Source of the DNA: Eubacteriales bacterium | Lineage (GTDB): Bacteria; Bacillota; Clostridia; Oscillospirales; CAG-382 | DNA: 64,000 bases | Reading direction: 5' to 3' | Assembly (NCBI GenBank): GCA_045535465.1 | Contig: JAZSLS010000100.1 | Span: 559-64,558 of the forward strand | Part shown: piece after piece, positions 9,018-19,149 of the stretch | Numbering within the stretch: the first letter of the stretch is position 1 | Layout: each line of letters starts with the position of its first letter | Program-made: the position numbers and the translations under genes | The notes under the pieces: model-generated | Databases searched by the model: none | What the model was told of the DNA's origin: nothing | The model's input: the letters and a program-made list of their open reading frames with translations, nothing else

Positions 9018-9716
9018 ATGGCAGATATGGAGAAAAATCTTTGCTCGCCTACCTCGGAAGCCGAGGCAGCGGCTGCAAAGGCGGAGGACCTTGGCGGAAT
9101 AACTATGCACACGGGCAGGGGCGTGATACACGCTTTGATTATAGCGGGTCAGATAGAAGGACATCTGGAAGCACCCGTAACGGCAAAATCCACTAAGTAC
9201 GAGCAATGTATACCTACACTTGTGGCGGTAGAGGAAAGCAGCGAGGTGGAGGGGCTTTTGATTTTAATAAATACCATAGGCGGTGACGTGGAAGCCGGGC
9301 TTGCTATAGCAGAGCTTATATCCGGTATGAAAAAGCCAACGGTATCCTTGGTTTTAGGCGGCGGTCACTCCATAGGCGTTCCGTTGGCGGTGTCTGCGAA
9401 AAAGTCCTTTATAGTGCCCTCGGCAACTATGACCATACACCCCGTAAGGACAACCGGCTTGGTGATAGGCGTACCTCAAAGCTTTAGCTACTTTGAAAAG
9501 ATGCAGGACAGAATAACGGATTTTATAGTAAAAAACAGTCACATAGGCGCAAAGCGTATAAAAGAGCTTATGCTTAACACCAACGAAATGACCACGGATA
9601 TAGGTACCGTTCTTGACGGGGTGGAGGCGGTAAGGGAAGGGCTTATAGATGCGGTGGGAGGGCTTGGAGATGCCTTGGACGCTCTACACACTATGGCAAA
9701 GGAAGGAAAAGGTTAA
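9018..9716 (+). CDS. ClpP-fold protein, TepA (translocation-enhancing protein)-like
   Basis: ClpP/crotonase-like core LILINTIGGDVEAGLAIAELI...TMTIHPV. AGGAGG RBS. In B. subtilis tepA lies in the same region as spoVF. Confidence 0.75.
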   Translation: MADMEKNLCSPTSEAEAAAAKAEDLGGITMHTGRGVIHALIIAGQIEGHLEAPVTAKSTKYEQCIPTLVAVEESSEVEGLLILINTIGGDVEAGLAIAELISGMKKPTVSLVLGGGHSIGVPLAVSAKKSFIVPSATMTIHPVRTTGLVIGVPQSFSYFEKMQDRITDFIVKNSHIGAKRIKELMLNTNEMTTDIGTVLDGVEAVREGLIDAVGGLGDALDALHTMAKEGKG

Positions 9717-9753
9717 ACAAAAGGAAAAAAGGGATAAAAAAGCAAAAAAACTA

Positions 9754-9782
9754 TTGACACAGCGTCCTTTTTGTGGTAAACT
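9754..9782 (+). promoter_or_regulatory. sigma-A promoter of the rplU-prp-rpmA operon (TTGACA-17-TAAACT, TG-extended)
   Basis: TTGACA at 9754-9759, TGgTAAACT at 9774-9782. This leaves a ~85-nt leader before rplU, the position where an L21-leader regulatory RNA is known in Firmicutes. I could not verify the fold. Confidence 0.6.
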
Positions 9783-9871
9783 TCTTAGGCCGCATGTAAT
9801 GGGCTTTTTAAGTATGCCTTTTTGGCTACGCCCTCATACAGCGAGACATATAAGAAAGGTGGGTACTTTTC

Positions 9872-10177
9872 GTGTTTGCAATAGTTGAAACCGGCGGTAA
9901 GCAGTATAAGGTTAGCGAGGGTGATATCATCTTCGTTGAAAAGCTTGACGTTGCTGAGGGTGAAACCTATACTTTTGAAAAGGTATTGGCTGTTTCCGGC
10001 GCAGAAGGTTTTGTTGTAGGTACTCCTACAGTTAACTGCACAGTAACTGCTAACGTTGTAAAGAACGGCAAGGGCAAGAAGTTGCATATTATGCGCTACA
10101 AGTCCAAGAAGAACGAAAAGAAGCATATAGGCCACAGACAGCCTTATACAAAGCTTCAGATAGTTTCCATAGCTTAG
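9872..10177 (+). CDS. rplU: 50S ribosomal protein L21
   Basis: GTG start. [25 protein letters not shown]. Confidence 0.95.
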   Translation: MFAIVETGGKQYKVSEGDIIFVEKLDVAEGETYTFEKVLAVSGAEGFVVGTPTVNCTVTANVVKNGKGKKLHIMRYKSKKNEKKHIGHRQPYTKLQIVSIA

Positions 10178-10181
10178 TTCT

Positions 10182-10493
10182 ATGGTTAAAGTGTCTTTTT
10201 CGGGGCACGGTGAAGCTTTAAACGGCTTCCTTGTGTGCGGTCATTCCGGTTACGCTGAGGCAGGGCAGGATATTGTTTGTGCCGCTGTCAGCTCGTTAAC
10301 TATGTACACCGCAAACCTTCTTACTGACGGGTTTGGTATCCCCTGTGATTTACAGGTGGATGAGGATAGTGTTACAATAGCGTTATCACTTAAGGCCAAA
10401 TCGGAAACGGGCAGTAGGATAATAGCTTCCTTTAAAAAGGAGCTTGTGGCTTTGTCGGAGGAATATCCGCAAAATATTCTTGTAAAGGAGTAG
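10182..10493 (+). CDS. prp: ribosomal-processing cysteine protease Prp
   Basis: Lies between rplU and rpmA. Contains [18 protein letters not shown] with the conserved His/Cys. Confidence 0.9.
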   Translation: MVKVSFSGHGEALNGFLVCGHSGYAEAGQDIVCAAVSSLTMYTANLLTDGFGIPCDLQVDEDSVTIALSLKAKSETGSRIIASFKKELVALSEEYPQNILVKE

Positions 10494-10498
10494 TAAAA

Positions 10499-10786
10499 AT
10501 GCTTAGAATATCCATCCAATTTTTTGCACATAAAAAAGGCGTTGGTTCTACCAAGAACGGTAGAGATTCCGAGTCTAAGCGTCTTGGTGCCAAGAGAGCA
10601 GACGGTCAGTTTGCAAAGGCTGGTAACATCATCGTTCGTCAGCGTGGCACAAAGATTCATCCCGGTAACAACGTAGGCAGAGGTAAGGATGATACTTTGT
10701 TTGCACTTGCTGACGGTATCGTTAAGTTTGAGCCTATGGTTGGCGGCAGAAAAAAGGTAAGCGTTTATACCGAAGCTGCAAAATAG
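10499..10786 (+). CDS. rpmA: 50S ribosomal protein L27 (with Prp-cleaved N-terminal extension)
   Basis: [30 protein letters not shown]. The Firmicutes-type propeptide ends in FFA. Confidence 0.95.
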   Translation: MLRISIQFFAHKKGVGSTKNGRDSESKRLGAKRADGQFAKAGNIIVRQRGTKIHPGNNVGRGKDDTLFALADGIVKFEPMVGGRKKVSVYTEAAK

Positions 10787-10880
10787 CTTAATTTGTATTT
10801 AAAAGGGGTTTATCGGGCGTTTCATAGCGCCTGACTAAGCTCCTTTTGTTTTTTTATCCACGGGTCAAGGAGGTTACAGT

Positions 10881-12143
10881 ATGATAGATAAAGTGGCGAT
10901 AACCATAAAAGCAGGCAAGGGCGGCGACGGCGCCGTATCCTTCAGGCGTGAAAAATACGTTGCAAAGGGCGGTCCCGACGGCGGCGACGGCGGAAGAGGA
11001 GGCAACGTTATATTTGTGGTGGACGACGGCACAAACACCCTTCTTGACTTTAAAAACCGTCGTAAGTTTAAGGCGCAGGACGGTGACAACGGTGCGGGCA
11101 GAAAGTTTGCAGGCAAAAGCGGTGCAGACCTTCGCATACCCGTCCCTCGAGGAACCGTTATAAAGGATATGGAGGGTAGAGTTATCCACGATATGTCCGA
11201 CGGTGAGCCTTACGTTGCCGCAAAGGGCGGCAGAGGCGGCTGGGGCAACACCCATTTTGCCACCGCTACAAGGCAAGTGCCCCGTTTTGCAAAGAACGGC
11301 TACGAGGGCGAGTATAAGGAGATAGTGCTGGAGCTTAAGATGCTTGCAGACGTAGGTCTTGCAGGCTTCCCCAACGTGGGCAAGTCCACCCTTCTTTCTA
11401 AAATCTCCGCCGCTAACCCTAAGGTTGCCGACTATCATTTTACCACCCTTTCACCAAATCTTGGCGTGGTAAAGGTTTATGAAAAAGCCTTTGTTGTGGC
11501 GGATATCCCCGGCCTTATAGAGGGGGCCTCCGAGGGCTTAGGCTTGGGGCACGACTTTTTGCGTCACATAGACCGTTGCAGACTTATACTTCATATATTT
11601 GATATATCCGCATCGGAGAGGGAAGACCCACTGGACGATATAAAAAAGATAAATAAAGAGCTAAAAAAATACAGCCCCAATCTTGCAAGCAGGCCGCAGA
11701 TACTGGTTGCAAACAAGATAGATACGGGCTACGATAAGGAAACCTTGGCACGTATCAAGCGTTATGCGGCTCGCAAGGGGCAAAAGCTGTTCCTTATGTC
11801 GGGCCTTACGGGCGAGGGCGTTTCCGAGCTTATAAAATACACGGCAGAGCTGCTTGATACACTTCCTCCTCTGACCACCTACGACAGCGAGATAATAGAG
11901 GTAGCAGAGGTTGACTACACCGACCGCAGTGTTGAAATCAAGCAAGATGGCGACGTTTTCCACGTAGAAGGCGAATGGATTAAGCGTGTTTGCGGCGGTG
12001 TTAACTTTGACGATAGAGAATCACTTATGTTCTTCCAGCGTGTGCTTAAAAACAGCGGCGTTATTGCGGCGCTTGAAAAAGCAGGCGTTAAGGATGGGGA
12101 CACAGTTGAGATATACGGCATAGAATTTGACTTTGTTTTATAA
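10881..12143 (+). CDS. obg: GTPase Obg/CgtA
   Basis: Glycine-rich Obg fold ([14 protein letters not shown]), G1 motif [10 protein letters not shown]-terminal OCT domain. Confidence 0.95.
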   Translation: MIDKVAITIKAGKGGDGAVSFRREKYVAKGGPDGGDGGRGGNVIFVVDDGTNTLLDFKNRRKFKAQDGDNGAGRKFAGKSGADLRIPVPRGTVIKDMEGRVIHDMSDGEPYVAAKGGRGGWGNTHFATATRQVPRFAKNGYEGEYKEIVLELKMLADVGLAGFPNVGKSTLLSKISAANPKVADYHFTTLSPNLGVVKVYEKAFVVADIPGLIEGASEGLGLGHDFLRHIDRCRLILHIFDISASEREDPLDDIKKINKELKKYSPNLASRPQILVANKIDTGYDKETLARIKRYAARKGQKLFLMSGLTGEGVSELIKYTAELLDTLPPLTTYDSEIIEVAEVDYTDRSVEIKQDGDVFHVEGEWIKRVCGGVNFDDRESLMFFQRVLKNSGVIAALEKAGVKDGDTVEIYGIEFDFVL

Positions 12144-12160
12144 TACAGGACGGTAAAGAT

Positions 12161-14419
12161 ATGAAACTTATTAACAATGCGTATTACTTTGGCGGCGCAG
12201 TTTACGAAAGCGCCGAGACGCTTAAGGCGGCAACGGGCGTTACTGTAACCGACGGTAGAAAAAACACTCTTTCCTACCGCATACTTCAAAACCATAACAC
12301 AGGCACAGAGGAAAAGCTAAGGCTTCGTTTTGACGCTATGGCTTCTCACGATATAACCTACGTTGGCATTATCCAAACCGCAAGAGCAGGCGGTCTTGAA
12401 AAGTTCCCCGTACCCTACGTGCTTACCAATTGTCACAACAGCCTTTGTGCCGTTGGCGGCACTATTAATGAGGATGACCACGTTTTCGGTCTTTCTGCTG
12501 CTAAAAAGTACGGCGGCATCTTTGTGCCTCCTCATATTGCGGTTATACATCAGTATATGAGGGAGTGTTTTGCCGCTCCCGGTAAGATGATATTAGGCTC
12601 TGACAGTCATACCCGTTACGGCGCTCTCGGTTGTATGGCAATAGGCGAAGGCGGCCCTGAGCTGGTTAAGCAGCTTCTTTGCCGCACTTATGATATAGAC
12701 AGCCCTGCTACCGTTTGCGTACACCTTACAGGCAAACCCTCCCACGGCGTAGGACCTCAGGACGTTGCCCTTGCTATTATAAAAGAGGTGTTTGACTGCG
12801 GCTTTGTAAAGAACAAGGTCATTGAGTTTGTTGGCGACGGTATAAAGAGCCTAAGCGTTGACTACCGTAACGGTATTGACGTAATGACTACCGAAACCAC
12901 CTGCCTTTCCACTGTTTGGGAAACGGACGATAAGGTAAAGGCTTACCTTGCCGCTCACGGCAGAGCAGATGAATACGCAGAAATGAAGATAGAAGCTCCC
13001 GCTTATTACGACGGCGTTATAGAGCTTGACCTTTCCGAAATAGAGCCTATGATAGCTCTTCCTTTCCATCCCGCCAACGTTTACAGCATTAAGGAATTAA
13101 ACGCAACCCCCACAGATATACTCAGAGAAGTGGAAAAGAGCGCTATAGACCTTTTCGGAGGCAGAGTAAACTACAGCCTTACCGACAAGCTTGTCTGCGG
13201 TAAGATACAGGTACAGCAGGGCGTTATAGCAGGCTGTGCAGGTGGTATCTATGAAAACCTTGCGGCAGCGGCGGCTATCCTTAAGGGCGGCAATACGGGC
13301 AGCGGTGCCTTCTCCCTTTCCGTATATCCCGCAAGCCAACCCGTATATCTTTCTACTATTTCAAACGGCATCCTCCGCACCCTTGCGGAAAGCGGCGCCG
13401 TTATCAAAACCGCCTTCTGCGGTCCTTGCTTCGGCGCAGGTGACGTACCTGCCAACGGCGCTCTCAGCATAAGACACAGCACTCGCAACTTCCCCAACCG
13501 TGAAGGCTCCAAGCCCGGCGAGGGACAGATATCCTCCGTTGCGCTTATGGACGCACGCTCCATAGCTGCAAGTGCCAAAAACGGCGGGGTGCTTACCTCC
13601 GCCGCTGACGTGGACTATGACGAAACCGTTCCCGCTTACGAGTACGACGCTACTGTTTACGAGAGTAGAGTGTACAGCGGCTACGGTAAGGCAGAAACCG
13701 AAAAAAGCCTTGTTTACGGCCCCAATATTGCAGACTGGCCTGAGATACAGCCTCTTTCCGAGGATATACTTTACAAGGTAGTTGCGTATATAACCGACCC
13801 TGTTACCACTACTGATGAGCTTATTCCCTCGGGTGAAACCTCTTCCTACCGTTCTAACCCCGAAAGGCTTTCTCAGTTTGCTCTTTCCCGCAAGGTGCCT
13901 GAATACGTAGGCAGAGCAAAAGAGGTAAGAGAAGCTGAAAGAGCCCGTGTAAGCGGTAAGTCCACTATAGAAGCACTGCCCGAGCTTGAAGCTGTTTATA
14001 AGGCTATTGAAGCAAACGGTATGACAATAGACAAGGCAAACACAGGCGTTTACAGCCTTGTTTACGCAAACAAGCCCGGTGACGGTTCTGCAAGAGAGCA
14101 GGCTGCCTCCTGTCAACGTGTTCTTGGCGGCGGTGCAAACATTGCAGAGGAATACGCAACCAAGCGTTACAGAAGCAATCTTATCAACTGGGGTATGGTA
14201 CCCTTTACCACCGGTGCAAAGGGTGACTTTAACTGTGGTGATTATATCTTTGTTAAGGGCATACGTACAGCCGTAGCAAATGCCGCTACCGAGATAGAGG
14301 CACTTGTTATAAGCGGCGACAAGGTAAAGACCACCGTTCTTACTATGCCCACCCTTACCGATGACGAAAAGCGTATTATAACCGAAGGCTGCCTTATAAA
14401 CTACTACCGTAAATATTAA
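12161..14419 (+). CDS. aconitase-family Fe-S hydratase (fused catalytic and swivel domains)
   Basis: 752 aa. Motifs GSDSHT and CGPCFG (cluster Cys ligands) and a C-terminal swivel-like domain. The substrate cannot be assigned by eye. Confidence 0.8.
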   Translation: MKLINNAYYFGGAVYESAETLKAATGVTVTDGRKNTLSYRILQNHNTGTEEKLRLRFDAMASHDITYVGIIQTARAGGLEKFPVPYVLTNCHNSLCAVGGTINEDDHVFGLSAAKKYGGIFVPPHIAVIHQYMRECFAAPGKMILGSDSHTRYGALGCMAIGEGGPELVKQLLCRTYDIDSPATVCVHLTGKPSHGVGPQDVALAIIKEVFDCGFVKNKVIEFVGDGIKSLSVDYRNGIDVMTTETTCLSTVWETDDKVKAYLAAHGRADEYAEMKIEAPAYYDGVIELDLSEIEPMIALPFHPANVYSIKELNATPTDILREVEKSAIDLFGGRVNYSLTDKLVCGKIQVQQGVIAGCAGGIYENLAAAAAILKGGNTGSGAFSLSVYPASQPVYLSTISNGILRTLAESGAVIKTAFCGPCFGAGDVPANGALSIRHSTRNFPNREGSKPGEGQISSVALMDARSIAASAKNGGVLTSAADVDYDETVPAYEYDATVYESRVYSGYGKAETEKSLVYGPNIADWPEIQPLSEDILYKVVAYITDPVTTTDELIPSGETSSYRSNPERLSQFALSRKVPEYVGRAKEVREAERARVSGKSTIEALPELEAVYKAIEANGMTIDKANTGVYSLVYANKPGDGSAREQAASCQRVLGGGANIAEEYATKRYRSNLINWGMVPFTTGAKGDFNCGDYIFVKGIRTAVANAATEIEALVISGDKVKTTVLTMPTLTDDEKRIITEGCLINYYRKY

Positions 14420-15348
14420 GCAAATATGCTTTCAACAAGCTTGGGGCATTCAGTGGGCGAATAACGCCAATAGTCAATATGCCCCTGCTTGATAAAATAA
14501 TTAAGGGGCAAGGGCTGTTCTTCAGCGGGATAGGTGTCAATAATTACAAGCTTTATCTTCATTTTGTCACGGATAATGCTTTTAATGTAAACGGCGGCGC
14601 TTTTTCCTACTTCAACGCCCTCCTTATATTCGGCAAGCCCCGCAAGGTTTGGCGTCAGCTCTACAAACACACCGTAGCTTTCTATACTGCGTATAATGCC
14701 TGCGGCGGTCTGACCGGGGCTGTAAAGAGCGGCGTTTTCCAGCCAAGTGCCCAAAAGCTCCCTGTGAGAAAGGCTAATGCGCCCGCTGCCCATAGAAGGC
14801 GTTTTAACCACTACGCTTATGTCCTGACCGGGATACAGTCTGTCCTTGGGGTGCGCAATGCGTGAAACGGAGAGGGTGTCGATGGGCAGTAGGGAAACAA
14901 CGCCGCAGCCTACGTCTACAAACACACCAAAGGCCTCCATATGGGTAACTCTTGCACTTATAACGTCCCCTGAACAAAGGTTATCTATGTAGGAGTTCAT
15001 ACATTCCCTTTGGGCGGCTTTTCGTGACAGCACAAGCTGTACTTCACCACCCACAGGCCGTAGCTGCTTTATCTTAAAGCAGACGGGCTTACCCACACGG
15101 CTTATTATGGCAATATCCTTGGGGCGTTCACCGTCACGAAGGTAAACGCACTCCTCGTGGGGTATAATACCCGTATACTGCCCAACACGTACGTGCAGGT
15201 TATGCTCGTTATCGCAAAGACTGCAAAGGCCCTCCAACACGGTACCATCGGCAAATGCCTTTTCCAAGGCTTCTATGGATGCGGTGGCGGATTTGTTGGC
15301 GGCAGTGTATATAAGCCGACCTTCGGGCAGGAATAAATTTTGTTTCAT
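14416..15348 (-). CDS. S1 RNA-binding domain protein (multi-S1)
   Basis: I place the start at ATG 15348 (GGAAAGGAAG upstream) rather than the TTG at 15354. Repeated S1 motifs: [10 protein letters not shown] and [14 protein letters not shown]. Confidence 0.8.
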   Translation of the reverse strand: MKQNLFLPEGRLIYTAANKSATASIEALEKAFADGTVLEGLCSLCDNEHNLHVRVGQYTGIIPHEECVYLRDGERPKDIAIISRVGKPVCFKIKQLRPVGGEVQLVLSRKAAQRECMNSYIDNLCSGDVISARVTHMEAFGVFVDVGCGVVSLLPIDTLSVSRIAHPKDRLYPGQDISVVVKTPSMGSGRISLSHRELLGTWLENAALYSPGQTAAGIIRSIESYGVFVELTPNLAGLAEYKEGVEVGKSAAVYIKSIIRDKMKIKLVIIDTYPAEEQPLPLNYFIKQGHIDYWRYSPTECPKLVESIFA

Positions 15349-15432
15349 TATCAAAGCTTCCTTTCCTTTTTTGTTCCATATTTATGTGAGAACGGGGGAG
15401 GGTAGAACAATAAATTATGCAAGGAGAGAATT

Positions 15433-16503
15433 ATGCTTACAAAGCTTGCGGAAATAGAGAAAAAATATGAAAAATTAGAGGAAAGCCTTTCCGACCCCGC
15501 AATAATCAGCAATATGGAAATCTATACTGCTACTATGAAGGAGTACAAGGCGCTGGAGGATGTAGTTGCCAAGTACAGAGAGTACAAAACGGCGGAACAG
15601 ACCTTTAAGGACGCCGAGGAGCTTATGCGTGAATCGGATGACCCCGAAATGAAGGAGCTTGCGGAAGAGGAATACGTAACGGCAAAAGAGGATATGGAAC
15701 GCTTTACCGAGGAGCTTCGTTTCCTTCTCCTTCCCAAGGACCCTAACGATGAAAAGAACGTTATTATAGAGATACGTCAGGGCGCAGGCGGCGAAGAAGC
15801 CGCATTGTTTGCCTCCGTGCTTTATCGTATGTACACTATGTATGCAGAAGCATCGGGCTTTAAGTGTGAGCTGGTTAACGTAAACGAAACCGAGCTTGGC
15901 GGATTTAAGGAAGTGTCCTTTATGATAGAAGGCAAGGGCGCATACAGCCGTTTTAAATTCGAAAGCGGCGTTCACCGTGTTCAGCGTGTACCCGAAACGG
16001 AAAGTCAGGGCAGAATTCATACCTCTACCGCAACCGTTGCAGTGCTTCCCGAAGCAGAGGACGTGGAATTTGAGCTTAATATGGATGAGCTTGAGATAAC
16101 CCGCCACCGCAGTACGGGTGCAGGCGGTCAGCACGTTAATAAAACGGAGTCTGCTATCCGTATCATCCATATCCCCACGGGTATAGTTGTTGACTGCCAG
16201 GACGAGCGCAGCCAGATAAAGAACAAGGACAAGGCGCTTAAGATAATGAAATCCCGTCTTTATGATATGGAACAGCGCAAAAAGGCGGAAAGCCTTTCCA
16301 GCGAAAGACAGTCGCAGATAGGTACCGGCGACAGAAGCGTACGTATTCGTACCTACAACTATCCTCAGGGCAGAGTAACCGACCATAGAATAGGTATGAC
16401 CCTTTACTCTCTTGAAAACTTCCTCAACGGCAAGATAGACGAGATGGTTGATGCACTCATCACCGCAGACCGTGCCGAAAGACTTAAGGCAGGCGAAGAA
16501 TAA
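15433..16503 (+). CDS. prfA: peptide chain release factor 1
   Basis: GGQ motif ([12 protein letters not shown]). RF1-type PxT motif ([14 protein letters not shown]). Confidence 0.95.
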   Translation: MLTKLAEIEKKYEKLEESLSDPAIISNMEIYTATMKEYKALEDVVAKYREYKTAEQTFKDAEELMRESDDPEMKELAEEEYVTAKEDMERFTEELRFLLLPKDPNDEKNVIIEIRQGAGGEEAALFASVLYRMYTMYAEASGFKCELVNVNETELGGFKEVSFMIEGKGAYSRFKFESGVHRVQRVPETESQGRIHTSTATVAVLPEAEDVEFELNMDELEITRHRSTGAGGQHVNKTESAIRIIHIPTGIVVDCQDERSQIKNKDKALKIMKSRLYDMEQRKKAESLSSERQSQIGTGDRSVRIRTYNYPQGRVTDHRIGMTLYSLENFLNGKIDEMVDALITADRAERLKAGEE

Positions 16504-16515
16504 GGAGGAAAACTT

Positions 16516-17643
16516 ATGTTAAAAAGAGCATTTAACAGCGACGTAATTGACAGCGCAGTACTCGGCGCAATAGAGGAAAGAGCCTTTCCCGGTGCGCAGA
16601 TAGCTATCGGCGACAAGGACGGCATAATTTACAGCGCAAGCTATGGCTACAAGCGTGTTTTTGATGATGACGCTCCTTGCTTTGACAAAGAGTCTGCCGT
16701 TCTCACGGGTGAAAAGCCTCCCGTTGATATGGATACCCTTTACGATATGGCATCCTGCACCAAAATAATGTCCACCACTATGGTTGCCCTTCGTATGATA
16801 GACGAAGGTAAGATAGCTCTTTACGACAGCATAAGCCGTTTTATAGACGTTCCCGAGGATAAAAAGGGCATAGAGCTTCGCCATCTTCTCACGCATACCA
16901 GCGGTATCAAGGCGCATTTCCTTCTTGAAAACGATGGCAGAGACGCAAGCGAAGCCGCAAAGATAGTCCTTGACCATCCGCTTTCCACGCCTACGGGTAC
17001 TAAGGTAGAGTATACCTGTATGGGCTATATCCTTTTGGGTAAGATACTTGAAAAGCTTGGCGATATGCCCCTTGATGAGCTGGCAACCAAAAAGGTATGG
17101 CAGCCCCTTGGTATGGATAACACCTGTTACCGTCCTCTTGATAAGGGCTATACCAATATTGCCGCTACCGAATACACCGAAGACTTGGGTGCATATAAGG
17201 TAGGCATCGTTCACGACGAAAACGCACGCTTTTTAGGCGGCGTAAGCGCAAACGCAGGCGTGTTCTCTAATGCTAGCGACGTTGCGGCGCTTGCAACAAT
17301 GCTTTCTGCAGGCGGCATCCATAAGGGCAAAATGTTCCTTTCTCCTTCTCTCATTAAGCTTGCACGTACCGATATGACGGCAGGTCTTGGAGAGGGCAGA
17401 GGTCTTGGCTTTGTTGTAAAGCAGGCAGGCACATTAAGCGCTATGGGCGACCTTTATCCGGGCGGCTCCTTCGGTCACAACGGCTATACGGGCACATCTC
17501 TTTATACTCACGGCGATAATGGCTTGTACGTTATCCTTTTGGCAAACAGAGTTCATTTTACCCGTAACAGTGACAGGATTTTCCGTTTCCGCCGTACCTT
17601 CCACAACCTTTGTACCGCAGAATACGAAAGAGCAACCATTTAG
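16516..17643 (+). CDS. serine hydrolase, class C beta-lactamase / DD-peptidase family
   Basis: SxxK motif in MASCTKIM; HLLTHTSG; 375 aa. AGGAGG RBS. Confidence 0.8.
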   Translation: MLKRAFNSDVIDSAVLGAIEERAFPGAQIAIGDKDGIIYSASYGYKRVFDDDAPCFDKESAVLTGEKPPVDMDTLYDMASCTKIMSTTMVALRMIDEGKIALYDSISRFIDVPEDKKGIELRHLLTHTSGIKAHFLLENDGRDASEAAKIVLDHPLSTPTGTKVEYTCMGYILLGKILEKLGDMPLDELATKKVWQPLGMDNTCYRPLDKGYTNIAATEYTEDLGAYKVGIVHDENARFLGGVSANAGVFSNASDVAALATMLSAGGIHKGKMFLSPSLIKLARTDMTAGLGEGRGLGFVVKQAGTLSAMGDLYPGGSFGHNGYTGTSLYTHGDNGLYVILLANRVHFTRNSDRIFRFRRTFHNLCTAEYERATI

Positions 17644-18533
17644 CTTGCGCTTCGGCTTTTGGGTATCCTCAGCCTTATCTCAATAAAATCACCTCCGTCG
17701 CTGTCCTCTCGTTCTACGTTAAAGCCTGCGGCAGAGGCAAGGCCTACTACCTTGTCAACGGAGTTTATAAAAAACTTAATATCACTAACGGTGCCCACAA
17801 GTCTTTGTGTGGCACCCTTCTTTTTGTTTTGCTTAGTCGGTTTTTGTATACCGGTAAGATAGCTTTCCACCAGCATCTCGCTTTCTTCGGCGTTATATCC
17901 GTTTTTAACGGAGGCATCCAGCAGCTTAAGCCTTGTGTCAATATTGGTTATACGCAAAAAGGCACGTGCTTGTCTTTCGGGCATACGGCTTTCTCTTATA
18001 ATGTGTCTTTCGTCTTCCGTGTATTTTAAAAGCCTAAGCTTGTTTGCAACGGTAGGCTGGCTAAGCCCCAGGCTTGCGGCAAGCTCTGCTTGAGTAAGAC
18101 CGCAAACAATCATAATGTTTTGCATAGCGGCGGCTTGCTCAAAAAAATCCAGGTCGTTGCGGAAAGCGTTTTCCGCCAGCGCCATCTGGGCGCTTTCTCC
18201 CGAGGTGGCGGTAATCAGCATACAGGGCACGGTTTCAAGCCCTGCCATCCTCGATGCACGCCAGCGCCGTTCTCCCGCAATTATTTCGTATACGGCTTTT
18301 GCTCTTACCGTTTGCCCGTTAAGGCTTATTTCAGGCGTGTTTTCTCGTCTTCGTACGCAAATAGGCTGAATAATTCCGTTTTGCTTTATACTTTCGGAAA
18401 GCTTTACAAGCTCTTCGTTGTCAAAAATGCGTCTTGGCTGAAGCGGATTTGGTACAAGACAGTCAAGAGGAATATGTATAAGGCACGGAACGTTGGATTT
18501 TTTTGTAAAGCTTAAAATATTTGAAAGCTTCAA
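17640..18533 (-). CDS. ParB/Spo0J/Noc-family DNA-binding protein (orphan, no parA nearby)
   Basis: ParB box GERRWRASRMAG and an HTH region QAELAASLGLSQPTVANKLRLL. I move the start to TTG 18533 (AAGGAGGTG 9 nt upstream). The track's ATG at 18578 lies inside the predicted -10 element. Confidence 0.8.
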   Translation of the reverse strand: MKLSNILSFTKKSNVPCLIHIPLDCLVPNPLQPRRIFDNEELVKLSESIKQNGIIQPICVRRRENTPEISLNGQTVRAKAVYEIIAGERRWRASRMAGLETVPCMLITATSGESAQMALAENAFRNDLDFFEQAAAMQNIMIVCGLTQAELAASLGLSQPTVANKLRLLKYTEDERHIIRESRMPERQARAFLRITNIDTRLKLLDASVKNGYNAEESEMLVESYLTGIQKPTKQNKKKGATQRLVGTVSDIKFFINSVDKVVGLASAAGFNVEREDSDGGDFIEIRLRIPKSRSAS

Positions 18534-18568
18534 TTTATAGCACCTCCTTGGTTTTGTCCCCGGCGGTA

Positions 18569-18577
18569 ATTGTAGCA
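18569..18577 (-). promoter_or_regulatory. extended -10 promoter element (TGcTACAAT) for the ParB-like gene
   Basis: The minus strand reads TGCTACAAT about 36 nt upstream of the TTG start. No good -35 element. Confidence 0.45.
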
Positions 18578-18649
18578 TACGCCCTTTGTCGAAAACGCAA
18601 AAAAACTGTCACCGTCAAGGTAACAGCTACTCTTTTTGTTGGTTTTGTC

Positions 18650-19138
18650 TATATGATAAAAAGCGGCAAAGCGCCGCTTTTCCTACTTAACAAAATAAAA
18701 TGTTGTTTTTTGCGTTGTGAATAGGTGCGTTTTATAAGAGCAAAACAAAAAGCGGAGGGTATGGAGAAGGGAAAATAGGCTCGAATGAACGAACTAAGGC
18801 GCAAACTGTACTAAGTACAGTAAGCCGAAAGTTCGTGCATAGCAAAAAACATATAAATCAGTCAAAAGGAAAAGCGGCAAAGCGCCGCTTTTCCTACTTA
18901 ACAAAATAAAATGTTGTTTTTTGCGTTGTGAATAGGTGCGTTTTATAAGAGCAAAACAAAAAGCGGAGGGTATGGAGAAGGAAAAATAGCATTGAATGTA
19001 CGAACCAAGGCGAAAGCTGTACTAAGTACTGCGAGCCGCAGGTTCGTGCATAGCAAAAAACATATAAATCAGTCAAAAGGAAAAGCGGCAAAGCGCCGCT
19101 TTTCCTACTTAACAAAATAAAATGTTGTTTTTTGCGTT
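18650..19138. repeat. 211-bp tandem direct repeat, 2.3 copies, each carrying a GC hairpin/T-tract and a variable hairpin
   Basis: Equivalent G residues lie at 18663, 18874 and 19085, giving an exact 211-bp period. Copies 1 and 2 are identical over ~140 nt but differ at 13 of 60 positions in 18771-18830 versus 18982-19041. Copy 3 is the first 59 nt only. Confidence 0.95.
19080..19105 (-). terminator. hpt terminator hairpin (also repeated at 18658-18683 and 18869-18894)
   Basis: AAGCGGC-AAAGC-GCCGCTT is flanked by an A run and a T run. On the minus strand it is followed by TTTTCCTTTT. Confidence 0.75.
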
Positions 19139-19149
19139 CGATGTTATTT

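Noticed and set aside
9783-9871. L21-leader RNA upstream of rplU
   Set aside because: The position and leader length fit, but I could not recognise or verify the conserved fold by eye. It is mentioned only under the promoter feature.
10800-10856. Imperfect hairpin plus T run between rpmA and obg
   Set aside because: The stem has mismatches and obg follows closely with its own RBS. It is possibly a partial attenuator, but the support is too weak to list as a terminator.
15475-16386. 303-aa minus-strand ORF
   Set aside because: Antisense to prfA, whose identity is unambiguous (GGQ and PET motifs).
18650-19138. Possibility that the tandem repeat is a CRISPR array or contains parS sites
   Set aside because: The period (211 bp) and the 150-nt identical blocks do not fit the repeat/spacer layout of CRISPR (24-48 bp repeats). 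No cas genes are present. No match to the parS consensus TGTTNCACGTGAAACA was found.
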